Below are positions 8,685 to 17,273 of a stretch of DNA of 64,000 nucleotides, one piece after another. Source of the stretch: a virus. Position 1 is the first letter of the stretch, and every line of letters starts with the position of its first letter. The DNA lies in IMG/VR virus record IMGVR_UViG_3300010413_000005, positions 32,001-96,000 of that record; one strand, written 5' to 3'. The position numbers and the translations under genes were made by a program. The notes beneath the pieces were generated by a model that made no database searches, was not told the DNA's origin, and was given only the letters and a program-made list of their open reading frames with translations.

Positions 8685-11600
8685 CTATTTGTAGTTGTAA
8701 ATTTTCAAAGCTGTACCGCAGAAGTAACTCGTGCTTCTTCTTCGATCTGATTTCTTCTCTACTTCTACGGCTATCATCTTACCTATGGAAATGTGTTTGC
8801 TAATACTTCTCCAAGTGCTGGCAAAACTTATGATTTCTATGAGTTTTCCGTCCGCACTTATCAATCCTAAGAAGGCCATTTCATTGCCGTTCTTATCGTA
8901 TTTTTTTCGCACGTTAGTTACGATACCTGTATAAAATCCACCTTCTTTGGACTTATGAAATTTGTAATTGGTAGTTCTAATTTCCTTGATTTTGTCATTT
9001 TTCCATTTATAAGTAAGCGCCGGATGCTTTCCGGTGGCTATCAATTCCCAAACGTTCAATTGTTCCCAAGATTGTATTTTGGATCGAAGAGATTCCAAGT
9101 TTACAGCGAAATGCGCTTTCAGATTCTCGTATTTGGCGTTGGGAGTTACACAAGCGATTACCGGAGTGCCTATTCCCTTATCTATGATCGCTCTGTATTC
9201 ATCGAATACGTCGATATCGAACTTGGTCCGATACTGTTTTCCTCCCGGATCTTCCAAGTTGACGTTGGCGTAGCGCGCGCCCCAAAACATCTCTTTTCGT
9301 TCTCTTTCGGACGGCAAGTCTCCGGTGTGAAAGTCGCCTATTTGATTGTATTTGACTTCTACTATGACCGCGGCGACGATACATGCTTTATTCCCGTAAT
9401 CGGCGAAAAAGTCTTCATCACTCATAGAAACTATCGGCAATTTGATATTTTCTTCTATGAAGTCCTTGTACGCTTCTATGGGGTGCGTCCCGAGCGCTAG
9501 CGGATTCACTTCTGAAGAAATCAAACACAAATCTTCTTTTGAGTATTCTTCGGCGCCCTTCGCTTCTTCCAACATAGCGATGACGTCGGCATACTTCTTC
9601 TTAGCCACCAACGCCCAAATAGATTCCAGATTCTCTACCATCCATTTGACGCTGGGAACCATCCCCTCAAGAGCTCCGGCCTTGGACAGAGCCATAACGA
9701 CTCCTTTGTGGCATTTTCTCGCGTCGACTCTAGATATGAAATCCACGAAATCTTTGAATGGCTGATTGGCCATAATAGTATCTGCGGCCGCCGATCCGAC
9801 TCCTTTGATATCTATCAACGAACCTCTGATAGAACGATCGGCCGCGTCCATACTGAAATGCTTCTTGCTGACGTTGATATGCGGAGGTTTCAATTCTATT
9901 CCGTAATTTTTCTTGGCTGCTTTGGCCAATCTTTGTATCCGAACGCGCTCCGGTTCGTTCTTGAGCAACGCCCAATAGAACTCTAACGGATAATGTATCT
10001 TCAACCACATGGTCCAATAGCCTATCAACCCGTATTCGGTAGCGTGCGAATTGTGCGACACTACCGGAGGCGAATCCGGGCTGTGTCCCGCTACGAAATT
10101 GTGTCCTACGGAATCCATCTCCAAATCGTAACAATGCTCTTTACCGTTGGGCGTTATTTTGATTATTTTATCCGCGAAAGTAGGACGGCCCTTGCCCCAA
10201 CGCTTTGTCCTCTCTCCCTTTTCGTAATCCAATTTCTTGTGACAAGAATTGCACAACAAACGCAAATTGGCTTTGCTGTGAAAGGCGGCATGGTTGTAAT
10301 CGCATTCGGCTGGAGATTTGATGTGCGCCACTTCTCCGCCACCTCTGCCTTGGCGACAAATTGTACCGCAATTAGAACATCTGCTATCGGATTCTATCCA
10401 AACTTGCTCTACTTTCAATTTGTATTTGTCGTTGATACGATCCGCTTGGGCGAATCTGGTATCTTTGTTCATCCACCACGGACAATAATCCTTAGCGGTA
10501 TTTTCTCCCATAAACATCAATTCGTCGCCGACAGACAAGCCGGTAGCTATCGATTTGTACCCCCTAGAAGTCATCAACCTGTGCATTCGGCTGATGGCCG
10601 GAGTTTTGTTGCCGGATTCCGTTTCTATGACAAACGTTTCGCGAATGCCGTGATCATGTATTCCTATTAGACGTGCCGGCCGAACGCGCCCATCTTCGTC
10701 CATTTGCAAAAGATGTAATCGACCACCTCTTATCTTTTTCGCTATCGGAGTCAAACGTCCTTTTTCGTCTCTAGAATCTCTCAAACGAACCAACTCTCCG
10801 ATTTGTATTTGCGATTTAGAATGGCTATTAGCTCCTGGCTTCCAAACCCATGCGTTTTTACATATAGTCTTGTTAAATCCGTACGAGCCAAAAAATGTTA
10901 TCGCGTCCATTATCTTATTGGCAGTTTTCGCGTCGACTCCGGCGTGTTTAGCGGCGCCTTCAACGAACTTCGCGCGTTCTTTCCCCAAAGTCTCGTCGCC
11001 TATCTTCTTGGCTATCGTTTTGCGCAATGAATCCGCGGTTCCGGGAGCGAATCCGGCGATGTCTGTGAATATGCGTATAACGTGTTCTTGGTAAACTATG
11101 ATCCCCAACGTGTCCGATGTTATTTCCGATACCTTTGGGTGGAAGTCTACCTTTTTGGCCAACTTCGGATTCTTTTTGCGTTGTATGTACTTCGTAGCCA
11201 AGCCGGACCGAGCGGTCCCTGGTCTGTTCAACGCAGTCATGGCAGGTATGTCTTCGAAGTCGGTGAAGTTGATACCCATGCAAATCTTATCAGCGCTAGG
11301 CGTATCGTATTGGAAAATTCCGTCGTATTTGTGATCAGTGAATCCCTGTAGCGTTTCCGGATCGTTCAAATCGAAGTCGTCGGATTCCAAGTCCAATTTC
11401 TCTCCGGTATTCTCTTCGATCGCTTCCAAACATTCTTTGATGACGGTGAGAGTTCTCAAACCCAACACGTCTATTTTCACCAATCCCACCGCGGCGACGT
11501 TGTACATGTCGGTTGCTGTGACCACTACCGAATCGCCTCCGGATTCCGCTTTACGAACTTCCAACGGCAATAAATCGGTCAACGGGACCGGAGATGCTAC

Positions 11601-13322
11601 GACTCCGGCCGCGTGTATGCCCGGATTCTTAGCCAATCCTTCCAGGCTCTTGGCGTGATAGAGCACCTTTGGATATTTCTTATCGAATTTTCTACACACG
11701 TCGAAGTCTTTGAACGAATCGGCTATTGTCTGACTGGCGCGTTCGTCTCCGCTCGAACGCTCGATGATGCTTTTGGTTACTTGATTGACTTCCGACAACG
11801 GAACTTCCAAAACGCGAGAAACGTCCTTCAAACATTGTTTACCGGATAGTTTGCCCACGGTTGCGATCTGAGCCACTTTATCGCGCCCATACTTACTCAC
11901 CAAATATTCAAATATCTCTTGTCGTCTTCTGTCTTCGAAATCACAATCGATATCCGGCAAGTCGATACGATACGGATTCATGAATCTTTCGAATATCAAT
12001 CCGTGCTCCAGCGGATCGACAGAGGTTATTCCGAGCAAATATGCCACCAAACATCCTCCTACGGAACCGCGTCCTGGTCCGCACATGATTCCGGAGCTTC
12101 GAGCGAATTTGTACAAGTCTCTGATTATCAAGAAATACGGCACGAATTTCAATTTTACAATTGAACCCAATTCGTACTTCAACCTGTTTCCGTACGTCTG
12201 TATAGCGTCTTCGTAACTCACCCCGTTTTTGGCAGAGTATTTACGCGCTCGGGATTTGATATTCCTCCAAGCCCATCCTTCTAAACACAAATCTTTTAAA
12301 TAAGCTGTTTGATCTCCGCGATATTTATCAGGTACGGATAAGTCGGGCAACAAGGCTTGGTGGTAATCGACTTTGAATTCCACGTTACACATTTCTGATA
12401 ACTTCACAGTTGAATTCAAAGCTTCCTTGACGTCTGTTACGGAGAAAAACGGATGGTATTTGAAGAAAGCGGATTTCATTTCTTTCCGCTTTCTCATATG
12501 AAATTCGTTCCCGTCGAATTTGAATCTGTTCGGATCGCTCATGAAGTTATTCGTACCGATACACAACAAAACCTCGTGATGTTCGGAATCGCTCTGGTGT
12601 ACGTAGTGCGCGTCTTGTGTTGCCAACAGCCTATTGGACTTCCCGTATCTCTTGCGCAACTCGAGAGCGAATTTGTTGGCCGTCAATTGGTCCGGAATGT
12701 TGTGCGGTTGGACCTCAATCCACAGATTACTACCGAACTCATCTCTCAATCGATCGGCAAATTCGATCGCGAACCTTTTCTTACCCAGCACGCATGAATC
12801 GTATACCGGACTAGCCAGACATCCCGTGCCCAAACTGATTCCTTCTTTGTACTCGCACAAAGCTTCAAGATCGATTCTCGGTTTGTAATAAAATCCGTCG
12901 ATGTAAGCCGAACTGGACAGTCTGAATAGGTTCTTCAATCCCTCCGAGTTGTGCGCCCAAGCCGTTATGTGCCAGCGTTTTGATATGCCGTGTTTCTCTT
13001 CGTATTCCTTGATGACTTTCTTGGCTTCTGCTCCCTTCTTGCCTTCTGAAATCTCGTTCTTTTCCTCCGCGGTCAATCCCTTCCTGTGCATATTATTACA
13101 CACGTAAAATTCGATTCCGTATATCGGCTTCACGTCGGTTCCCTTGCACTCTTCGTATTGGTGCATATATCCGCGCATGGTTCCGTGATCGGTAAAAGCG
13201 ATCGCCGGATTGCCTCTTTGTTTGGCTTCTTCTACGTAGTCCTTGATTTTACTTCCACCATCCAAAGTAGAATTATCACTATGCGTGTGCAAGTGTACGA
13301 AGTCTTCTTTTTTATTTGGCAT
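8685..13322 (-). CDS. dnaE: DNA polymerase III alpha subunit (family C), intein-containing
   Basis: PHP domain FVHLHTHS/AFTDHG, GPGRGSVGG, catalytic PDIDCDF, GIHAAGVV, KIDVLGL, YGFNK/SHA split by an intein, C-terminal OB-like region. Confidence 0.97.
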   Translation of the reverse strand: MPNKKEDFVHLHTHSDNSTLDGGSKIKDYVEEAKQRGNPAIAFTDHGTMRGYMHQYEECKGTDVKPIYGIEFYVCNNMHRKGLTAEEKNEISEGKKGAEAKKVIKEYEEKHGISKRWHITAWAHNSEGLKNLFRLSSSAYIDGFYYKPRIDLEALCEYKEGISLGTGCLASPVYDSCVLGKKRFAIEFADRLRDEFGSNLWIEVQPHNIPDQLTANKFALELRKRYGKSNRLLATQDAHYVHQSDSEHHEVLLCIGTNNFMSDPNRFKFDGNEFHMRKRKEMKSAFFKYHPFFSVTDVKEALNSTVKLSEMCNVEFKVDYHQALLPDLSVPDKYRGDQTAYLKDLCLEGWAWRNIKSRARKYSAKNGVSYEDAIQTYGNRLKYELGSIVKLKFVPYFLIIRDLYKFARSSGIMCGPGRGSVGGCLVAYLLGITSVDPLEHGLIFERFMNPYRIDLPDIDCDFEDRRRQEIFEYLVSKYGRDKVAQIATVGKLSGKQCLKDVSRVLEVPLSEVNQVTKSIIERSSGDERASQTIADSFKDFDVCRKFDKKYPKVLYHAKSLEGLAKNPGIHAAGVVASPVPLTDLLPLEVRKAESGGDSVVVTATDMYNVAAVGLVKIDVLGLRTLTVIKECLEAIEENTGEKLDLESDDFDLNDPETLQGFTDHKYDGIFQYDTPSADKICMGINFTDFEDIPAMTALNRPGTARSGLATKYIQRKKNPKLAKKVDFHPKVSEITSDTLGIIVYQEHVIRIFTDIAGFAPGTADSLRKTIAKKIGDETLGKERAKFVEGAAKHAGVDAKTANKIMDAITFFGSYGFNKTICKNAWVWKPGANSHSKSQIQIGELVRLRDSRDEKGRLTPIAKKIRGGRLHLLQMDEDGRVRPARLIGIHDHGIRETFVIETESGNKTPAISRMHRLMTSRGYKSIATGLSVGDELMFMGENTAKDYCPWWMNKDTRFAQADRINDKYKLKVEQVWIESDSRCSNCGTICRQGRGGGEVAHIKSPAECDYNHAAFHSKANLRLLCNSCHKKLDYEKGERTKRWGKGRPTFADKIIKITPNGKEHCYDLEMDSVGHNFVAGHSPDSPPVVSHNSHATEYGLIGYWTMWLKIHYPLEFYWALLKNEPERVRIQRLAKAAKKNYGIELKPPHINVSKKHFSMDAADRSIRGSLIDIKGVGSAAADTIMANQPFKDFVDFISRVDARKCHKGVVMALSKAGALEGMVPSVKWMVENLESIWALVAKKKYADVIAMLEEAKGAEEYSKEDLCLISSEVNPLALGTHPIEAYKDFIEENIKLPIVSMSDEDFFADYGNKACIVAAVIVEVKYNQIGDFHTGDLPSERERKEMFWGARYANVNLEDPGGKQYRTKFDIDVFDEYRAIIDKGIGTPVIACVTPNAKYENLKAHFAVNLESLRSKIQSWEQLNVWELIATGKHPALTYKWKNDKIKEIRTTNYKFHKSKEGGFYTGIVTNVRKKYDKNGNEMAFLGLISADGKLIEIISFASTWRSISKHISIGKMIAVEVEKKSDRRRSTSYFCGTALKIYNYK
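10050..10868 (-). mobile_element. Intein (273 aa) with HNH homing endonuclease in DnaE
   Basis: Interrupts the conserved FNK|SHA. Starts TICKNAWV; block B SRMHRLMT; block F CYDLEM..HNFVAG; ends VSHN before Ser+1. Internal CSNC...AHI...NLRLLCNSCH HNH/Zn motif. Confidence 0.92.
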
Positions 13323-13584
13323 TTTCTTCTATCAAGTACAGAGCGACGTCTTTCAAATCTTCCGGATAATCTCCGAATACTATTTCGTCCAGCACCGACG
13401 GTTCTTCAGCTCCCATCTCGGCCAGACTTCTTTTTTTGCCGTTTATCGTCAATTTCGCGTCGTATCCCCTAACGTCGATATCATATTCCAATTTCTCTTT
13501 GGCGATATTGAATGACGAATTGGTAGGCAGTCCGGAGACTCGAGCTCCGGACGCCCATTGTCTTATCTTCTTCAAAGACGGCAT
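13312..13584 (-). CDS. Hypothetical protein
   Basis: 90-aa ORF bridging thyX-like and dnaE with tight spacing/overlap. Confidence 0.7.
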   Translation of the reverse strand: MPSLKKIRQWASGARVSGLPTNSSFNIAKEKLEYDIDVRGYDAKLTINGKKRSLAEMGAEEPSVLDEIVFGDYPEDLKDVALYLIEENAK

Positions 13585-13587
13585 GCG

Positions 13588-14607
13588 CTATTCGTTCTCT
13601 AATCTTTCTCCGGTCCAAGGATTCCTTTGCCAGAACACTGCGTATTCCGCGGCGCGATCGATCATCTCGTAAGCCATAGGAACCTTGTATTTGTGCAACG
13701 TATCGATTTGATGAGCTTTCGATATATCTTCTTGTTTCCCCATCTGTTCAGGTATTCTGTGGTGACGGAAATGAAGAGGACAAGGAGGATGTTGATCCAA
13801 TCCTTCGTACCGACGTCGATTCTCTTCGTGATAGACGCATCCGGAAAAACAATCGTCCTTGATACACGGAGGGCAAACCAGTTCCGCGAACGCCGGATGG
13901 ACCTTGTTGACCAGTTCGCTTACTATTCCCATGATGACTGGACCCCACAACCCCAATTGCAAAATGAAACAACCTCGTTCTCCGACTATGTGTTGCAACG
14001 AACTGATGTTCATTTTCCAACTCATACGGTGTTGAGATGCGAGCGGCATCGTATCCCGAGCGTCTTCCATAGGTATGTTGCTAGCCACCAAGAAATTGTA
14101 AGTTAGCTGTATTCTCTCCATCAGATCGACGTACGCCCTCAACACGTTAGGATCTCCGTGTCTCAAGATGCTTTCCGGTATGCGATAGTCGCTATCGGTA
14201 AAGAATCGACCTTGATTCCGGATGCGCATTGACTGCGACCAGAACGACGATTTGGCCAGGTCTGGTACAATGTCCATGTAGATATCGGCTCCGATCGATT
14301 CCGGTCCTGGAAGAACTCCGATTCTGTGACGCACGGCTTGTTCCCTCCAAGATATCGAAATGTGTTCCAACATGAAAGTGAAGTCGATGTGTTCTCCTAC
14401 CGGTATGCGTTGTTTTATCACCGAGTGAAAAACGTCTTGCACTTCTTTCGCCGATACCTTCGAATACACTTGGTCCGGAGTCAATAACTCGTCGTCGTTT
14501 TTCGAAGCTTGCCAAACACTGTAAATCGTTTCCAACGGAAACGCTGTGAAAGTCAACAGCGTGACTTTCGGAGTCTTTACCAATCTTTTGTTCGCATTAT
14601 TTTCCAT
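13588..14607 (-). CDS. thyX: Divergent flavin-dependent thymidylate synthase (ThyX-like)
   Basis: EHIDFTF, EQAVRHR, SQSMR, EDARDTMP, MNISSLQH..ER, Cys-rich C-terminus; RBS GGAG. Confidence 0.85.
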   Translation of the reverse strand: MENNANKRLVKTPKVTLLTFTAFPLETIYSVWQASKNDDELLTPDQVYSKVSAKEVQDVFHSVIKQRIPVGEHIDFTFMLEHISISWREQAVRHRIGVLPGPESIGADIYMDIVPDLAKSSFWSQSMRIRNQGRFFTDSDYRIPESILRHGDPNVLRAYVDLMERIQLTYNFLVASNIPMEDARDTMPLASQHRMSWKMNISSLQHIVGERGCFILQLGLWGPVIMGIVSELVNKVHPAFAELVCPPCIKDDCFSGCVYHEENRRRYEGLDQHPPCPLHFRHHRIPEQMGKQEDISKAHQIDTLHKYKVPMAYEMIDRAAEYAVFWQRNPWTGERLENE

Positions 14608-15181
14608 TTCGATCTCCTTTCGTCAATATGCTAACCGCCAAGTCCCAAAGTCCTTCCGGCGATGTGTGATCTGTGATCAATTTCCACACGCGTGGTACGT
14701 GTTTCCCGATTTGATCGGAGGCGTAATCCAACCGATTGTTTATTCGTTCGGCGTTCTCGGGCATCCTAATTCCCACCCTGCCAACCGAAGTTTTGATGTC
14801 GCACATCAAATGGATGTAAGTCAAATCGGTTCTGGATTTGATGATGTCTATCCACCATTGTAACGTTTCTTCGGCCATTTCTCGATTGAAAAAATCTCCG
14901 TCTTCCAACCCGTACGCGAACGCTGACGGCATCGAACGATCTAACACACATTCCAACGACGTGAATTTGGATAACAAATCCGCTACGAATAGATCTTCTA
15001 CGTACGAATTGAAAGGGATCCTGAATCTCCTCAGTTTCAATTCCAATTCCTTGGCGTGTTTGAAATGAATTGCTGTGTCGTCCTTGAATGCTCTTACGAT
15101 AGGGATATTGAAATATCCACTGACTTTTTTGGCTAGAGTCGTTTTACCGACTCCGTTCATCCCTTCGATTATCACTAACAT
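14597..15181 (-). CDS. dNMP / thymidylate kinase-like P-loop kinase
   Basis: IIEGMNGVGKTT, VLDRSMPSAFAYG. Confidence 0.88.
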   Translation of the reverse strand: MLVIIEGMNGVGKTTLAKKVSGYFNIPIVRAFKDDTAIHFKHAKELELKLRRFRIPFNSYVEDLFVADLLSKFTSLECVLDRSMPSAFAYGLEDGDFFNREMAEETLQWWIDIIKSRTDLTYIHLMCDIKTSVGRVGIRMPENAERINNRLDYASDQIGKHVPRVWKLITDHTSPEGLWDLAVSILTKGDRNGK

Positions 15182-16368
15182 CGTGATTTAGCTTCCATCG
15201 CCGAATGTGCTTGTTCCAGAATAGACAATCCGTAATCGAGATCGTCAAGTGTGATATTCAGCGGAGGAGTGATTTTCACCGGTCCTGGTCCCTTCCGGAA
15301 CGCTCCTATGAGCAGACCTCTCTTCAAACATTCCTGCCCCAATTCCAACACGTCGTGCGGACTATCGTACGCTATCAACAGGCCGGTTCCTCTAACGTTT
15401 TTCGGATATCCGATTTTGCCCAACACGCTTTTGACGTGAGACGATTTGCCGTTTATCGAATCCATGTTGGGCGAATACTCCAGATAGTCCAACATACCGT
15501 TCACGTGCGCCATACCGATCGGATTACCTCCGAACGTAGAGAAGTGAGTTCCGGAGGTGAATGTTTCGCTAAACGGTTTCAACGCCAAACAAGCTCCGAC
15601 CGGGCATCCCATAGCTACTCCCTTGGCCATCGTCATTACGTCCGGCTGTACGCCTATCTTTTTCGCGTAAGAGAAATCTCCGCAGCGTCCGGCGCCGGTT
15701 TGGACTTCGTCGAATATCAACGTTATGTTGTGTTCGTTACACTTGACTCTCAAGTCGATCAACCAGTTGTGATCGTATTCTCGGACGTCGTTGTTGCCGA
15801 ATACTGGAGCTATGAGGACCGCGGTGGCCAAATATGGATCTATCTCTTCCAGATGTTCGAATTTTCTGAATCCTCCAGTCAGCGGTCCGAATCCCTCTGT
15901 GTGGTGCGGAGGACCGTCGCCGGCCGATAGCGATCCCAGAGTTCGGCCATGAAATGATCCTTTCACTGTGTAAATGTATTTGCTACGTCCTGATTCGTAC
16001 GTAAAATCTGATTTGAATCTCTTGTATTGATACAAACGCGCCAACTTGATCGCCGCTTCGACCGCTTCGGTTCCGCTGTTACAAAAAAACACCTTATCCA
16101 TACCGGTCAAATAACACAGACGTTCCGCGGCGATGTTTCTCTCCTCGAAGCTGAACAGATTGGGAACGTGAACCGGAGTGTGATTCCCTTTCATATCGCT
16201 AATCACTCTTTCGTGACACACGGAACAATATCCCAACGACGAAGTTCCGACGTCGCAGAAGAAATCCAGGAATCTCTCTCCGCGTCTGGTAATCAAATAA
16301 GATCCGTTTCCCGATACGAACTCGGGAGCGTATTGATTCAAAGTATTCATCAACGATTTGTTACACAT
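15175..16368 (-). CDS. Class-III PLP aminotransferase (ArgD/ornithine aminotransferase-like)
   Basis: NSGTEAVEAAIKLAR, SFHGRTLG, FDEVQTGAGRCG, PLP lysine in MAKG, HFSTFGGNP. Confidence 0.92.
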   Translation of the reverse strand: MCNKSLMNTLNQYAPEFVSGNGSYLITRRGERFLDFFCDVGTSSLGYCSVCHERVISDMKGNHTPVHVPNLFSFEERNIAAERLCYLTGMDKVFFCNSGTEAVEAAIKLARLYQYKRFKSDFTYESGRSKYIYTVKGSFHGRTLGSLSAGDGPPHHTEGFGPLTGGFRKFEHLEEIDPYLATAVLIAPVFGNNDVREYDHNWLIDLRVKCNEHNITLIFDEVQTGAGRCGDFSYAKKIGVQPDVMTMAKGVAMGCPVGACLALKPFSETFTSGTHFSTFGGNPIGMAHVNGMLDYLEYSPNMDSINGKSSHVKSVLGKIGYPKNVRGTGLLIAYDSPHDVLELGQECLKRGLLIGAFRKGPGPVKITPPLNITLDDLDYGLSILEQAHSAMEAKSRC

Positions 16369-17273
16369 CTATTGTCCTCCGCTAATCTGGTTATGTCCTT
16401 CCAATTGTATACCCTTGTGATGCTTTCGTGTTCCACGGATTTGTTTTTAGGAGTGTCGTAAAGTAAAACCTTGATTCCGGCTTGCGCCAATGATAATGCG
16501 TTCCTATCCAAGTCTTCTACGAAAAAAATCGGCCATGCCGGAGAAATGTGTCTGTAAACCGCCTCTACTTTGTCTCTGTTGAAAAGCAATATGTCGTACG
16601 GTATTTTGTATTTGCGCAACCACCATAAGGTATCGTGATACATTCTCTTGAATTGCCATTGCGGTCGCGCCGTTATTATGGCTATCTTATACCCCATCGA
16701 TTTCAATTTTCTGATTCCGGTAATCGCTCCGCGGATCGGTTTCAATTCCCGGAGGAATCCCTTCGAATGCAATTCATCCTTGTATGCTTCGATTTCGTCG
16801 AATCCCTTGCCTCTGTATTCTCTTTCGCTTTTAGAACGCAGAGCGTTGAAATCGGTTATCACGTCGTCCATGTCCAAACAAATCAACTTGGTGAACTTGG
16901 ATAATTTGAATTTGGCCGCGGTCGCGCGCGTCGATATCACTTTGGTTTTGCTATCGAACACCTTGGCTATGTCTTCCGGTTCGATTCCGTACACCAAAGA
17001 CAAAGAAATCGTGATTTTCAGAATATCCACCAATTCCTCTACCACATTACGTTTATCGGGAGAGTGTGTGTCCAAAAGGTGTCGTTTGTAGGAAGGTGAC
17101 AAACGAGCCAATTCGCCCACTTCTTCGTACAACAACATCGTCAGATCTTGAATCGCTCGAGTCGCCTCTAAATTGCTCATGCAAGACGAATCCATTCCGA
17201 ATTCCTTCTGCTGTTCTTTTTGCAGCTTCCAGAATGCGTCCAAGGATCTATCGAGCGATTTCTTACTTTCCAT
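16350..17273 (-). CDS. MazG/dUTPase-like NTP pyrophosphohydrolase fused to HAD 5'(3')-deoxyribonucleotidase
   Basis: N-terminal EEVGEL...EELVDIL (MazG ExxE...ExxD); C-terminal HAD motifs LDMDDVI, ITAR, K, FVED. Confidence 0.85.
   Translation of the reverse strand: MESKKSLDRSLDAFWKLQKEQQKEFGMDSSCMSNLEATRAIQDLTMLLYEEVGELARLSPSYKRHLLDTHSPDKRNVVEELVDILKITISLSLVYGIEPEDIAKVFDSKTKVISTRATAAKFKLSKFTKLICLDMDDVITDFNALRSKSEREYRGKGFDEIEAYKDELHSKGFLRELKPIRGAITGIRKLKSMGYKIAIITARPQWQFKRMYHDTLWWLRKYKIPYDILLFNRDKVEAVYRHISPAWPIFFVEDLDRNALSLAQAGIKVLLYDTPKNKSVEHESITRVYNWKDITRLAEDNRCVTNR

Noticed and set aside
10050-10868. Class 3 intein explanation for the missing Cys1/Ser1
   Set aside because: The Cys in CYDLE is two residues before the catalytic block-F position, which is Asp; the Trp and Thr of the W-C-T signature are absent.
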